From an uncultured delta proteobacterium (GTDB taxonomy: Bacteria; Myxococcota; UBA727; VGSZ01), in the NCBI GenBank assembly GCA_963775425.1, contig CAVZJB010000016.1, positions 576,001 to 640,000 on the forward strand: a DNA stretch of 64,000 nt. The letters are read 5' to 3'. The notes under the pieces are model-generated. The model worked only from the letters and a program-made list of their open reading frames with translations. It was not told the origin of the DNA and ran no database searches. Shown piece by piece: positions 23,113 through 33,261 of this stretch. A program made the translations under genes and the position numbers. Position 1 is the stretch's first letter; every line of letters begins with the position of its first letter.

Positions 23113-24129
23113 ATGCTTGCTTCCGCCGCCGCCGTCTTCGTCGCCGCCGTGCTCCTCGCCGTCGAGGACAGCGCGCGCGCGTCGCCGTTCCTGCCGCTGC
23201 TCGCCGTCTTGTTGGCGCTGCCCGTCATCGGCCGGTCGCGGCGCTTCGTCGGGGTGTCTCTCACGGTCGCTGCCGCCGCGTGGGCGGTGGGCTGGGCTGC
23301 GTTCAGCGTCGACCTGCCGGACGCCGCGTTCTTCCTCCCGTTCGGGCTCGCGCTCTGCGTCGCGGCGCTCGAGGAGCGGCGCGCCTCGGGTCGAGCGGCG
23401 GGGGTCGGCGCGCTCGCCGCCGCCGCGCTCGGGGTGGCCGCCGTCGTCGTGTCCGCCCTCCGGCCGTTCCATGGTGACGTCGTCATCTTCGCCAAACTGC
23501 TGCTCGTCGTCGGCTGCGCGCGGCTCCTCGCGGGCGCCACCCGCCGCAGCGGCGGTCCGCTCCCCGTCGGCGGCGCCGCGGCCATCTTCGTCGCCGCGGG
23601 CATCCAGGCCGCGGTGCTGGCGGCGCTGCCGTCGTTCCACACGGCGCACCCGCTCTTGTCGACGTGGGCGGATATCGCCGCCGCTTCCGTCGCGAGCGTC
23701 GCCACCCTCCTCGCCGTCCGCCGCGCCGGCCTCTCGCGCGCTGGCCTCGTCATGGCCGCGGCGCTGTGCGTGCCGGCGTTCTTCCTGGCGGCGACGCTCG
23801 CGATGCCCGTGTTTGCGGACTTCGGCGGCGCGCTGCCCGCCGCTGTGCAGGCGTCGCTCGACGCGGGCCTCGCGGCCTCCGCGAACGGGGGCGTGGGCTG
23901 GATCGCCGCGACGACGTCGCTGCCGTTGGCGCTCCTGGCCGTCGCCGGCGCGGACCGGCGCCGCGCCGGCGTCGTCGTCGCGCTCCATGGGGCGCGCGTC
24001 GCCCTGTGCTGCGCGACGCCGCACGCGCTGGCGCCGTCGTTGGTCCTGCTCGCCGCCGCGCTCGTCCTGGCCACGCGCGGTGCCGTCTCGGGTCAGCCGC
24101 CGGTCTCGGCCGCGACCCAGCTCGCGTAG
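23113..24129 (+). CDS. Hypothetical integral membrane protein
   Basis: Many hydrophobic Ala/Leu/Val helices. Confidence 0.6.
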   Translation: MLASAAAVFVAAVLLAVEDSARASPFLPLLAVLLALPVIGRSRRFVGVSLTVAAAAWAVGWAAFSVDLPDAAFFLPFGLALCVAALEERRASGRAAGVGALAAAALGVAAVVVSALRPFHGDVVIFAKLLLVVGCARLLAGATRRSGGPLPVGGAAAIFVAAGIQAAVLAALPSFHTAHPLLSTWADIAAASVASVATLLAVRRAGLSRAGLVMAAALCVPAFFLAATLAMPVFADFGGALPAAVQASLDAGLAASANGGVGWIAATTSLPLALLAVAGADRRRAGVVVALHGARVALCCATPHALAPSLVLLAAALVLATRGAVSGQPPVSAATQLA

Positions 24130-24434
24130 GCCGGCAGCGCCGCGTCGACGGGGAGCGCGATCAGCTCCGGCACGTCGTACGGGTGAAGCTCCCTCACGCG
24201 CGCGGTGACGGCGGGGACGCGGGTGGCCACCGTCTTCATCACGAGGAGCACCTCGCCGGCCTCCTCCACCGCCCCCTGCCAGCGATAGATGCTCGTCACG
24301 CCGGCGACGAGGTTGACGCACGCGACCAGGCGCTCCTCGACGAGCGCTCTCGCGATGCGCCGGGCGGTGTCGGCGTCCGGCGCCGTGCAGAGCGCGACGC
24401 GCAGCGCGCCCGGGGCGGGATCGCGCGCGGTCAT
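24093..24434 (-). CDS. cutA: Divalent-cation tolerance protein CutA
   Basis: LVEERLVACVN, SIYRWQG, HPYDVPE. Confidence 0.92.
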   Translation of the reverse strand: MTARDPAPGALRVALCTAPDADTARRIARALVEERLVACVNLVAGVTSIYRWQGAVEEAGEVLLVMKTVATRVPAVTARVRELHPYDVPELIALPVDAALPAYASWVAAETGG

Positions 24435-25027
24435 CGCGGCCCCCGCGGCGCGACGAGGAGCTCGGCGACGCGGCCGTCGAGCGGCGCGGCGCCGTCGTCG
24501 TTGCGCACGCGCGCGCCGGTGAGGATGAGCCCGCGCGCGAGGAGGCACGACTCGACCGCCGCGCGCAGCAGGATGAGCGCGTCGGCCACCTGCGCGCCCG
24601 TGAGCACCCCGACGGCGCCGAAGCGCACCTCGAGACCCGTGCGCTCCGGCGTGGGCCGCAACTGCGCCGCCGGGAGCCCGGCCGCCTCGCTCAGATCGGC
24701 GACGACGCGCACGAGCTCCGCGAGCACCGAGGCGAAGCGCACGTCGTCGACGTGGTGACCGAGCACGGGACGCGGATCCGCCGCGTCGGCCGCGAAGGAG
24801 AACACCGCCGCCAGCGTGCCGCGCAGCAGCGGCGCGGCCTCGGGATCCGGCGGCGCCTCCGTCGAGCCGAGGGCGAGCGGCGCGGGGAGCCAGCGCGACA
24901 CGAGCGGCGCGCCGCGCCGGCGCACGACCTCGTCGCCGGCGCCCTGGACGCGATCCGCCCACACCGGCGCCCACAGGACGCCGAGCGAGCCGTCGGCGCG
25001 CGGGACGATCCATTGCACGAGCTCCAT
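24431..25027 (-). CDS. Hypothetical protein
   Basis: GAGGAGG RBS; stop overlaps the cutA start. Confidence 0.65.
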   Translation of the reverse strand: MELVQWIVPRADGSLGVLWAPVWADRVQGAGDEVVRRRGAPLVSRWLPAPLALGSTEAPPDPEAAPLLRGTLAAVFSFAADAADPRPVLGHHVDDVRFASVLAELVRVVADLSEAAGLPAAQLRPTPERTGLEVRFGAVGVLTGAQVADALILLRAAVESCLLARGLILTGARVRNDDGAAPLDGRVAELLVAPRGPR

Positions 25028-25101
25028 CGCGTCGCCTCCTCATGAGCCGCCCTCGCGCGCGGCATCGCCAGCCATCCCCGAAACGGTTAGCATCGTCGTG
25101 G

Positions 25102-25899
25102 ATGACCCGCGTCCTCGTCCTCCGCACCGGTCAAGCGGTCAATCGGGTGCACGCCCACTGCGGGCCGTTCTTCCAGCTCTTCGAGCGCGGGCTCAACGCG
25201 GACGGGCACGCAGAGCACGTGGCCGTCGACGAGCTCGACGTCACCTGTCGCCGGTCGGGCGATGCGATGCCGCCCCTCGATCGCTATCACGGAGCCGTGA
25301 TGACGGGCTCGCCCGCGTTCGTCGGCGATCAGGAGCCGTGGATGCGCTACGGCGAAGACCTCCTCGGGTTCCTGTTGAAACGCGAGATCCCGCTGTTGTG
25401 CGTGTGCTTCGGGCACCAGCTCCTCGGGCTCGCCCTCGGCGCCGAGGTCGGGCCCAACCCGCGCGGCCGCGAGATGGGCACCATCGACATCGAGCTCGCC
25501 CCCGACGACGGCGATCCGCTGCTCGGCCACCTGCCCCGCCGCTTCGAGGCGCAGTGCACGCACCGCGACGTCGTGCAGAAGGCGGGCGCGCGCCTGCGCG
25601 TCGTCGGCACGTCGTCGCACGATCCGCACCACGTCGTGCGCGCCGGGCCGCGCGCGTGGGGGCTGCAGTTCCACCCCGAGTTCGACGACGTCACCATGCG
25701 CCTGTACCTCGAGGTGCGCCGCGACGTCCTCGACGGCGAGCTCGGCTCGGGGGCGTGCGATCGCCGCATCGCGCGCGTGCGCGCCACGCCGCACGCGTCC
25801 TCCGTGCTCACGCGCTTCGCGCAGATCTGCCGCGACGAGCGCGTCGCCCGCGGCGACCCCGTCGAGACCCAGGGCGAAGGAGCCGTGCATGGCGCCTGA
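25102..25899 (+). CDS. Class I glutamine amidotransferase (GMP-synthase-like)
   Basis: MTGSP, CFGHQ, QFHPE catalytic triad motifs. Confidence 0.88.
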   Translation: MTRVLVLRTGQAVNRVHAHCGPFFQLFERGLNADGHAEHVAVDELDVTCRRSGDAMPPLDRYHGAVMTGSPAFVGDQEPWMRYGEDLLGFLLKREIPLLCVCFGHQLLGLALGAEVGPNPRGREMGTIDIELAPDDGDPLLGHLPRRFEAQCTHRDVVQKAGARLRVVGTSSHDPHHVVRAGPRAWGLQFHPEFDDVTMRLYLEVRRDVLDGELGSGACDRRIARVRATPHASSVLTRFAQICRDERVARGDPVETQGEGAVHGA

Positions 25900-26857
25900 C
25901 GGCTCGCAACGTCACGCAAGGCCGCGCGCGGCCGCGCGCACGCAGCCGCGGGAGGAGCGCATCCAGGCGCCCGACGGCACGTCGCTGTTCGTGCGCGCGT
26001 GGGACGCGCCCGGCGGCGCGCCGCTCATCCTGTGCGACGGGCTCGGCTGCGACGGCTTCGTGTGGCGCTACATCGTCGAGCGCTTCGCGGGCGAGCGACC
26101 GCTGGTGCACGTGCACTACCGCGGCCATGGGCGCTCCGAGGTCCCGCGCGACCTCGACAGCGCGTGCATCGAGGTGGTCGTCGACGACATGGCCTGGGTG
26201 CTCGACGCCGTCGGCGTGGACAAGGGCGTGTGGCTCGGCCACTCGATGGGCGTGCAGGTCTGCCTCGAGGCCGTGCGCCGCCTGCCCGCGCGCGTGACGG
26301 GCCTGGGCCTGCTGTGCGGCTCCTTCGAGAGGCCGATCGACACGTGGCACCACGCGTTCTTCGAGGGCGACGACGCCCCGCTCGGCAACCGCTTGATGCG
26401 CCGCGTGTTCCCCGACCTCACGCGCACCTTCATCGAGCACTGGGGCAAGCTGCAGCCGGTGTGGCGCGCGATCGTGTCGTCGGAGCTCGTGTTCGGCGCC
26501 ACCGTGAACAGCGAGCTCAACCCGGACCTCGTGCGCCACGAGGACTTCCGGCCCTACATGCATCACCTCGCGAACATGGACATGCGCGTGTTCGCGCGGC
26601 TCGCGCGCTCGTTGAGTGAGCACTCCACCCGCGACCTGCTGCCGCACATCGACGTCCCCACCCTCATCGTCGGCGGCGGGCGCGATCGCTTCGCGCCGCT
26701 GTGGGTGTCCGAGGAGATGCACCGGCTCATCCCCGACAGCGAGATCCTCCGCCTGGTGCAGGGCTCGCACACGGCGCCCATCGAAGAGCCGCGCCTGGTG
26801 GAGCGCGCCCTGCTCCGCCTGCTCGCCCGCCTCCCTCCGGTCGACGATGCTGGCTAG
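25889..26857 (+). CDS. Alpha/beta hydrolase
   Basis: YRGHGRS, GHSMG nucleophile, D..H triad (GSHTAP). Confidence 0.9.
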   Translation: MAPDGSQRHARPRAAARTQPREERIQAPDGTSLFVRAWDAPGGAPLILCDGLGCDGFVWRYIVERFAGERPLVHVHYRGHGRSEVPRDLDSACIEVVVDDMAWVLDAVGVDKGVWLGHSMGVQVCLEAVRRLPARVTGLGLLCGSFERPIDTWHHAFFEGDDAPLGNRLMRRVFPDLTRTFIEHWGKLQPVWRAIVSSELVFGATVNSELNPDLVRHEDFRPYMHHLANMDMRVFARLARSLSEHSTRDLLPHIDVPTLIVGGGRDRFAPLWVSEEMHRLIPDSEILRLVQGSHTAPIEEPRLVERALLRLLARLPPVDDAG

Positions 26858-29789
26858 CGCGGGGCTGGCGGCGGCCGCGCTCGTGGCGAGCGTGGCCGCG
26901 CCCGGCCTCGAGTGGCACACGCTGCACACCGCCTGCTGCGACGTCCACTACCCGAGACAGCTCGAGCACGTCGCGCGGCGGGTGGCGGTCATCGCCGACG
27001 AGAGCGTCAAGAACGCGAGCGACTTCCTGAAGAGCGCGCCGGCGGAGCGCGTACAGATCGTGCTCCACGACGTGCTCGACACGCCCAACGGCTTCACCAA
27101 CGTCGTCCCCTACGACAGCGTCGACCTGCGCACCATCACGCCGGAGAGCGACAGCGAGCTGTCGAACACCGACGAGTACCTGCGGCTGCTCGTGCAGCAC
27201 GAGATCATGCACATCGTCCACCTCGACGACATCCACGGCTTCCCCTCGGTGGTGAACCTGGTGGTGGGCAAGGTGTGGCCGCCGAACCTGGTGCAGCCGC
27301 GCTTCGTCGTGGAGGGGTTGGCGGTGCTCGCGGAGACGCGCTTCACCGGCGGCGGCCGGCTGCGCTCCACGCTCTTTTCGAGCGACCTCCTCATCGCCGC
27401 GCTGAACGGCGACCTGTGGTCCCTCGACGACGTCTCGAGCTACTCGCGCAGAAACCCCGGCGGCGGCGGCGCGTACGCCTACGGCGCGGAGCTCATCGAC
27501 TGGCTGTCGCGCAAGTACGGCGCGGGCATCTGGGCGGCGGTGGCGCGCGACTACGGCGGCACCATCATCCCCTTCGCCGTGCAGAGGAGCATCGAGAAGG
27601 TCACGGGGCACAGCCTCGACGACGACTACCGGCTCTTCCTCGACGACGTGCGCGCGGACGCGGAGCGGCTACGGGCGGCGGCGGCGGCGCGCGGAGGCCC
27701 GACGAGGGCCCGCCGACTCACGCGCTTCGGCGGCGTCATCCACACGCCGCGGTTCGACGACGGCGGCGCGCTGTTGTTCGGGCTGAACGCGCCCGACCAG
27801 GCGGCGGGCGTCTACGCGATCGCCGGGCTGCCGGGCGCCGTGCCCGTGGCCGCGCCGGTGCTGCGCGTGAACGAGGCCGCGGACCTCGCACTCCTCGGCG
27901 ACACGCTGGTGCTCGCGCAGACGGAGACCACGCGCGGGTACTACTCCTTCCACGATCTGTGGCGCGCGGACCTCGCCGGCGGGCCGCGTGCCCCCGCCCG
28001 AGGCCCGCCGGCCTCGTGGCGCGGCGGCACGTCCGCCGCGGGACCGGCGCTGCGGCGCGTCACCCGCGAGGCCAGGCTGCGGGCGCCGAGCGCGGTGCCG
28101 GGGACGCGGCTCGTCGTGGCCGAGCAGCGCTCGGCGGGCAGCGCAGCGCTGGTGGTGGTCGACGTCGACACTGGCGCCACCCGCGACCTCGTTCGCTCCG
28201 ACACGGGCACCCTGTGGTACTCGCCCGACGTGTCGCCCGACGGCGCGCGCGTCGCCGCGTCGCGATGGACGCCGGGCGGCGCGCGGCAGGTCGTCGAGAT
28301 AGACATGGCGGCGGACGCCCAGGGCGTACACCGCGAGCGCGTGCTCACCGACGACGGCGCCCAGAACCTCGACCCCGCCTGGTGCCACGGCGACGACGAC
28401 GGCTGGGTGCTGTTCTCCAGTGACCGCGAGGGGCTGTTCTCCATCTACGCCGTGAACCGCGTGACGCGCGAGGTGCGCCGCATCGTCGACTCGCTCGGCC
28501 TGGCCAAGGCGCCGCGCCCGACGCCCGACGAGCGCGGCGTCGTCTACGTCGACACGCACCTCGACGGAAACGACCTCTACGCCGCCCCCCTCGACATCGC
28601 CCACGCCCCGGTGGTGGGCCCCGCGCGGCCGGCCCCCGCGCCGCACGCGCTCACGCGTGAGAGCACCGCGCCCGCGGAGCGCTACAACGCCTTCCCCACG
28701 CTCGTCCCGCACTACTACATCCCGCTCCTCGCCACCGACGCCGCCGGCGGCACGGCGCTCGGGCTCTCCGTCGTCGGGCAGGACGCCGTCGGCGAGCTCT
28801 CGTTCGCCGCCCAGGCGTCGTGGGGCTTCGCCGTCGAGCGCCCCCACCTCGCCGCCTCGATGCGCTTCCTCGACTCCCCGCTGCCGATCACGGTCTCGTC
28901 GGAGCTGCGCACGGATCGCAGCAGCCGGTTCCGACGCACCGACGGCCAACCCGACGTCCAGCAGGAGACCGTGCTCTCCGCCGGCGCCAATTTCTCTTTG
29001 CCTTTCATGCGCAGCCGCCGCTACGCGCACTCGCTCGCCATCGGCTACAACCGCGAGTTCCACGTCGTCGAAAACCCGCTGACGTCTCCGCCCGACGCCG
29101 CCCACGCCCCGCAGTACCCGCCGAACCGCAACATCGGCGCGCTCACGCTCGACTGGGGCTACTCGGGCATCGAGTCCTACAGAGACTCCATCAGCAACGA
29201 GCGCGGCTTCACCAGCTTCCTCCACCTCCGCCACGCGGACCGCTTCACCTTCTCCGAGGTCGACCTCACCGAGGTCAGCGTCGACGCGCGCGACTTCGTG
29301 CCTGTCCCCGGCCTCGGCGGCCACGTCATCGGTCTGTACCTCCAGGGCGGCGTCGCGTTCGGCGACAAGCGCGTGCGCTCGAGCTTTTTCCTCGGCGGCT
29401 TTTCGGACCGGGACATCACGAGCGATCTCCTCACCGGGGCCCGCAGCGGCGCCGGCGTGCTGCGCGGCTACCCGCGCGGCGTCGTCGTCGGCGACGCGTT
29501 CACCCTCGGCACCCTCGAGTACCGCCTGCCGCTCCTCGAGGTCGAGCACGGCGCCTCCACGCTCCCCCTGTTCCTCGATCGCATCCACGCGGCCGCCTTC
29601 ACCGACCTCGGCATGGCGTTCGACGGCGCCCCCGTGCCCACGCGGGTGCTCGCCAGCGTCGGCGTCGAGCTGCGCATGCAGGTGGTGCTCGCCTACTACG
29701 GACTGTTCTTCGTCCGCATCGGCTACGCGCGCGGCGTCTCGGCGGGCGGCGTGGACCAACCGTATGCGGTCCTCGGGTTTCCATATTGA
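26847..29789 (+). CDS. Gluzincin-like peptidase + PD40/TolB-like propeller + Omp85/BamA-like barrel fusion
   Basis: HEIMH...EGLA; SPDG/DPAW/FSSDREG propeller motifs; LRGY...EYRLPL...VGVELR...GYA barrel motifs. Confidence 0.8.
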   Translation: MLASAGLAAAALVASVAAPGLEWHTLHTACCDVHYPRQLEHVARRVAVIADESVKNASDFLKSAPAERVQIVLHDVLDTPNGFTNVVPYDSVDLRTITPESDSELSNTDEYLRLLVQHEIMHIVHLDDIHGFPSVVNLVVGKVWPPNLVQPRFVVEGLAVLAETRFTGGGRLRSTLFSSDLLIAALNGDLWSLDDVSSYSRRNPGGGGAYAYGAELIDWLSRKYGAGIWAAVARDYGGTIIPFAVQRSIEKVTGHSLDDDYRLFLDDVRADAERLRAAAAARGGPTRARRLTRFGGVIHTPRFDDGGALLFGLNAPDQAAGVYAIAGLPGAVPVAAPVLRVNEAADLALLGDTLVLAQTETTRGYYSFHDLWRADLAGGPRAPARGPPASWRGGTSAAGPALRRVTREARLRAPSAVPGTRLVVAEQRSAGSAALVVVDVDTGATRDLVRSDTGTLWYSPDVSPDGARVAASRWTPGGARQVVEIDMAADAQGVHRERVLTDDGAQNLDPAWCHGDDDGWVLFSSDREGLFSIYAVNRVTREVRRIVDSLGLAKAPRPTPDERGVVYVDTHLDGNDLYAAPLDIAHAPVVGPARPAPAPHALTRESTAPAERYNAFPTLVPHYYIPLLATDAAGGTALGLSVVGQDAVGELSFAAQASWGFAVERPHLAASMRFLDSPLPITVSSELRTDRSSRFRRTDGQPDVQQETVLSAGANFSLPFMRSRRYAHSLAIGYNREFHVVENPLTSPPDAAHAPQYPPNRNIGALTLDWGYSGIESYRDSISNERGFTSFLHLRHADRFTFSEVDLTEVSVDARDFVPVPGLGGHVIGLYLQGGVAFGDKRVRSSFFLGGFSDRDITSDLLTGARSGAGVLRGYPRGVVVGDAFTLGTLEYRLPLLEVEHGASTLPLFLDRIHAAAFTDLGMAFDGAPVPTRVLASVGVELRMQVVLAYYGLFFVRIGYARGVSAGGVDQPYAVLGFPY

Positions 29790-29843
29790 GCGCGTCCGCC
29801 CGCGCGTTCACTGTCGGATCGCCGGTTGGGCTACAACGTTGCC

Positions 29844-30617
29844 GTGGTGCTCATCGCCCGTTCCGCAGGCGTCTCCGACGTCGGTCGCGTCCGCAAGCAC
29901 AACGAGGACTCGTACCTCATCGATGACGGCCTCGGGCTGTACGTCGTCGCCGACGGGATGGGGGGGCACGCCGGCGGCGAGGTGGCGTCGGCGGAGGCCA
30001 TCGATCAGATCTTCTCGATGGTGAAGCAGCGCAGCGACGTCATCGAGGCCCTGCGCCGCGCGAACAGCGACGAGGCCCGCGCCGCCGTGCGCCGCGCGGT
30101 GGAGGCGGCCATCCAGGCCGCGACCTACATGGTGTTCGGCATCGCCGAGCAGGATCCGGCGCGCAAAGGCATGGGCACCACCATCTCCACGCTCCTGTTC
30201 GTCGGGCCCACCGCGGTGGCCGGGCAGGTCGGCGACTCGCGCGTCTACCTCGTGCGCAGCGGCGTGCCCGTGCAGATCACGGAGGACCACACGCTGGTGA
30301 ACCTGCAGATCAAGGCGGGGGCGTTGACGCGCGAACAGGCGCGAACGGTCTCGTACCAGAACCTCATCACGCGCGCGGTGGGCGTGAAGGACTACGTCGA
30401 GGTCGACACCTTCGACCTCGAGTGCAAACCCGGCGACCGCTTCATCCTGTGCAGCGACGGCGTCCACGGCTACCTCGAGGACGAGACCGAGATCCTGCCG
30501 CTGTGCCAGATGACGATGACCAACGAGCAGAGCGCGCGGGCGCTGGTGGAGCACGCGCTCAAGCGCGGCGGCCGCGACAACGCCACCGCCATCGTCGTGG
30601 ACATCTTCACGGCGTGA
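29844..30617 (+). CDS. PP2C-type Ser/Thr protein phosphatase
   Basis: DVGRVRKHNED, VADGMGGH, GMGTT, GDSRVY, LCSDG, GGRDNAT. Confidence 0.93.
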   Translation: MVLIARSAGVSDVGRVRKHNEDSYLIDDGLGLYVVADGMGGHAGGEVASAEAIDQIFSMVKQRSDVIEALRRANSDEARAAVRRAVEAAIQAATYMVFGIAEQDPARKGMGTTISTLLFVGPTAVAGQVGDSRVYLVRSGVPVQITEDHTLVNLQIKAGALTREQARTVSYQNLITRAVGVKDYVEVDTFDLECKPGDRFILCSDGVHGYLEDETEILPLCQMTMTNEQSARALVEHALKRGGRDNATAIVVDIFTA

Positions 30618-30641
30618 CGCTTCACGGCGTGACGCTTCACG
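30605..30641. repeat. 15-bp tandem repeat CTTCACGGCGTGACG x2.5 between convergent genes
   Basis: Read directly; duplicates the phosphatase stop-codon region. Confidence 0.8.
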
Positions 30642-30644
30642 TCG

Positions 30645-31463
30645 TCAGCGGAAGGCTTCGTCGTCCAGGGCCGGCGGCGCCGTCCGCGCGATGGCCGACA
30701 TCTGGCGGCCGGTGGCCGCGCCCTTCCTCCTGGTGACGTCGCGGCGGTGCGAGAAGTACGCGTCCTCCTCCGTGAATGTGCAGCCGCCGACGCGCTCGAC
30801 GCGCTCGACGCCCGCTCTCCGCAGGAGCGCGACGCACAGCCCGCCCAGGTCGAGGAGCGCGCGGTCTCCCCCCGCCGGCGATGGCCGCACGAGGCCGTCG
30901 ACGTCGCCGGCGGCCGCACGCGCGGCGTCGACGACCTCGGGGCCGACCTCGAACGCGTCCGCGCCGATGCAGGGGCCCACGGCCGCGACCACGCGCGCCC
31001 GCGACGACGCCGACGGCGCGCAGAGCGCGGCGACGGTCTCTTCGAGCACGCCGCCGACGGCGCCGCGCCAGCCGGCGTGGGCCGCGGCCACGGCGCTGCC
31101 GTCGTCGAGGGCGAGCAGGACCGGCGCGCAGTCCGCGGTCCGCACGGCCACGGCGACGTCGGGCGCCGGCGTCACCAGCGCGTCGGCTTTGCGGGCGGCC
31201 ACTTCGAGCGGGTCCTCGCCGCCCGCGATCACCACCACGTCTCTGCCGTGCACCTGCGTGCACGCGTAGAGCGCGTCGCGCGGCACGCCGATCTGGAAGC
31301 GCACGCGCGCGAGGTTCTCCTCGACGCGGGCCGGGGCGTCCCCCACGGCGACGCTCGTGTTCAACGCCCGCCACGGGCTCGGCGAGGTGCCGCCGATGCG
31401 CTGAAAGAAGCGGTGCGACACCCCCGGCAGCGACGACAACAGCGGCGACGTCAGGCCGAGCAT
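30645..31463 (-). CDS. pgeF: PgeF/YfiH (polyphenol oxidase/laccase-domain) protein
   Basis: QVHG, TADCAPVLL, AHAGWRG, GPCIG, FEVG, FSHRR. Confidence 0.92.
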   Translation of the reverse strand: MLGLTSPLLSSLPGVSHRFFQRIGGTSPSPWRALNTSVAVGDAPARVEENLARVRFQIGVPRDALYACTQVHGRDVVVIAGGEDPLEVAARKADALVTPAPDVAVAVRTADCAPVLLALDDGSAVAAAHAGWRGAVGGVLEETVAALCAPSASSRARVVAAVGPCIGADAFEVGPEVVDAARAAAGDVDGLVRPSPAGGDRALLDLGGLCVALLRRAGVERVERVGGCTFTEEDAYFSHRRDVTRRKGAATGRQMSAIARTAPPALDDEAFR

Positions 31464-31467
31464 CCCC

Positions 31468-33174
31468 TCACCTGCCCTTCAAGACGCCGACGCCGAGCCA
31501 GACGAGGCCGGCGAGCGCGATGGCGAACGCGACGATGGAGATGGGCGAGAAGCCGTGCCAGAGGTGCGGCCCGCGCTCCATGGTCAACGCGCCGGTCACC
31601 GACGCCGCCGCCGACACCAGCGCCACGCTCGCGCGGTTCATCGCGCGGACCACGCGCGTGACCTCGGCGCCGACGCCGTCGTGGCGCATGCGCAGGACGA
31701 GGTCGCCCTGCTCGAGCTTGCCGATGATGCGCTCGATCGAGTGCGGGAGCTCGCGCGCGAAGTCCACCAGGCGAATGCCCTCGATGACCGCCAGCTTCTT
31801 GATGCGCTCGCTCGAGTAGCGATCGCGGATGAGGGCCTCGATGTAGGGGCGCGCGGCCTCGATGGGGTTGATGCCCGCGGCGATGGTGCGGGCCAGGCCC
31901 TCCGTGGTGGCCATGGCCTTGAACATCATGGTGAAGTCGGAGGGCAAGCGCACCCCGTGCTTGACGGCGGCGTTGGCGAGGTCGCGGAAGAAGAGCGCGA
32001 GGTCCCACTCCTCCATGGGCCGGCCGACGATGTGGCGTTCGAGGACGTCGACGACGGCGACCTCGAACTGCGCGTAGTTGACGTCGGTGCCTGGCTTGCC
32101 GATCTGGTACCAGATGCGCGCGACGCCCTCGAGGTCCTCGCTCATCAACGAGAACAGCACGTCGACGAGGCGCTCACGGTTCTGGCGCGAGAGGCGGCCG
32201 ACCATCCCGAAGTCGATGAGGCCGAGCCGCCCGTCACTCTCGAGGAACACGTTGCCGGGGTGCAGGTCGCCGTGGAAGAAGCCGTCGCGAAACAGCATCT
32301 GGTAGGCGGCGTCGAGATAGTTGTGGGCGACGCTCCTGCGGGTGGCCTCGTCGGCGATGGCGGTGAGCTTCTTGCCGTGGATGCGCTCCATGGTGAGCAC
32401 CGTCCCCGACGAGACCTCGGGGAACACACGCGGGATGTGGATGTGCGGCTTGTCCCGGAAGTTCTTCTCGAAGCGCTCGATGTTCGCGAGCTCCACCACG
32501 AAGTCGAGCTCCCGTCCGAGGCTGGCGGCGAACTCGCGCACCATGCCCTGCAGATCGAAGGCCTCCACCTCGGGGAACACGTCCTTCACCTGCTGTGCGA
32601 AGAACCGGAGCAGCGACAGATCCGCTTCGATGACCGGGCGCAGGCCGGGGCGCTGCACCTTCACGACGACGTCGGTGCCGTCCTTGAGGACTGCGCCGTG
32701 CACCTGCGCGATGGACGCCGACGCGATGGGCTCCTCGTCGAACGAGCGAAACAGCGTCGCCGGCGACGCCCCCAACGCGAGCTCCACCTGCGACTCGATC
32801 TCCGGCCAGGGCACGGCGGTGACGTGGTCCTGCAGCTCCTGCAAGCGGGCGACGTAGCGCTCGGGGATGAGGTCCGGGCGCGTGGAGAGGATCTGCCCGA
32901 ACTTGATGAACGTGGGCCCGAGGTCCTCGAGGAGCGAGACGAGGCGGCCGGCGACGTCGGCGCCGGGCTCGTCGGTGGCCGTCTCGCCCGAGAGCACCTC
33001 CTCGCGGGCGGCCTCGAGGCGGGCCGCCGCGCCGCCGTCGTTTCGCGCGAGGAGGGCGCCGAAGCCGTGTCGCGCGAGCACGGTCGCTATCTGGCGGGCG
33101 CGGCGCGCGTCCTTGACCACGACGCCGAGCGAGCGCGTCGTCGAATAGATGGTCCGGATGAGGGAGCGCGCCAC
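31468..33174 (-). CDS. AarF/UbiB family atypical kinase
   Basis: LGPTFIKFGQILSTRPDL, ASASIAQVH, VVKVQRP, FHGDLHPGN, IDFGMVG. Confidence 0.93.
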   Translation of the reverse strand: MARSLIRTIYSTTRSLGVVVKDARRARQIATVLARHGFGALLARNDGGAAARLEAAREEVLSGETATDEPGADVAGRLVSLLEDLGPTFIKFGQILSTRPDLIPERYVARLQELQDHVTAVPWPEIESQVELALGASPATLFRSFDEEPIASASIAQVHGAVLKDGTDVVVKVQRPGLRPVIEADLSLLRFFAQQVKDVFPEVEAFDLQGMVREFAASLGRELDFVVELANIERFEKNFRDKPHIHIPRVFPEVSSGTVLTMERIHGKKLTAIADEATRRSVAHNYLDAAYQMLFRDGFFHGDLHPGNVFLESDGRLGLIDFGMVGRLSRQNRERLVDVLFSLMSEDLEGVARIWYQIGKPGTDVNYAQFEVAVVDVLERHIVGRPMEEWDLALFFRDLANAAVKHGVRLPSDFTMMFKAMATTEGLARTIAAGINPIEAARPYIEALIRDRYSSERIKKLAVIEGIRLVDFARELPHSIERIIGKLEQGDLVLRMRHDGVGAEVTRVVRAMNRASVALVSAAASVTGALTMERGPHLWHGFSPISIVAFAIALAGLVWLGVGVLKGR

Positions 33175-33261
33175 CCGCGTCGTCTAGCGGAAACGAGGCG
33201 TCCGCGCAGCCCCGGCCCCGAGCAATCGTCGACCGGTGCGCGGCCGCGGCGGACCGTCGCG

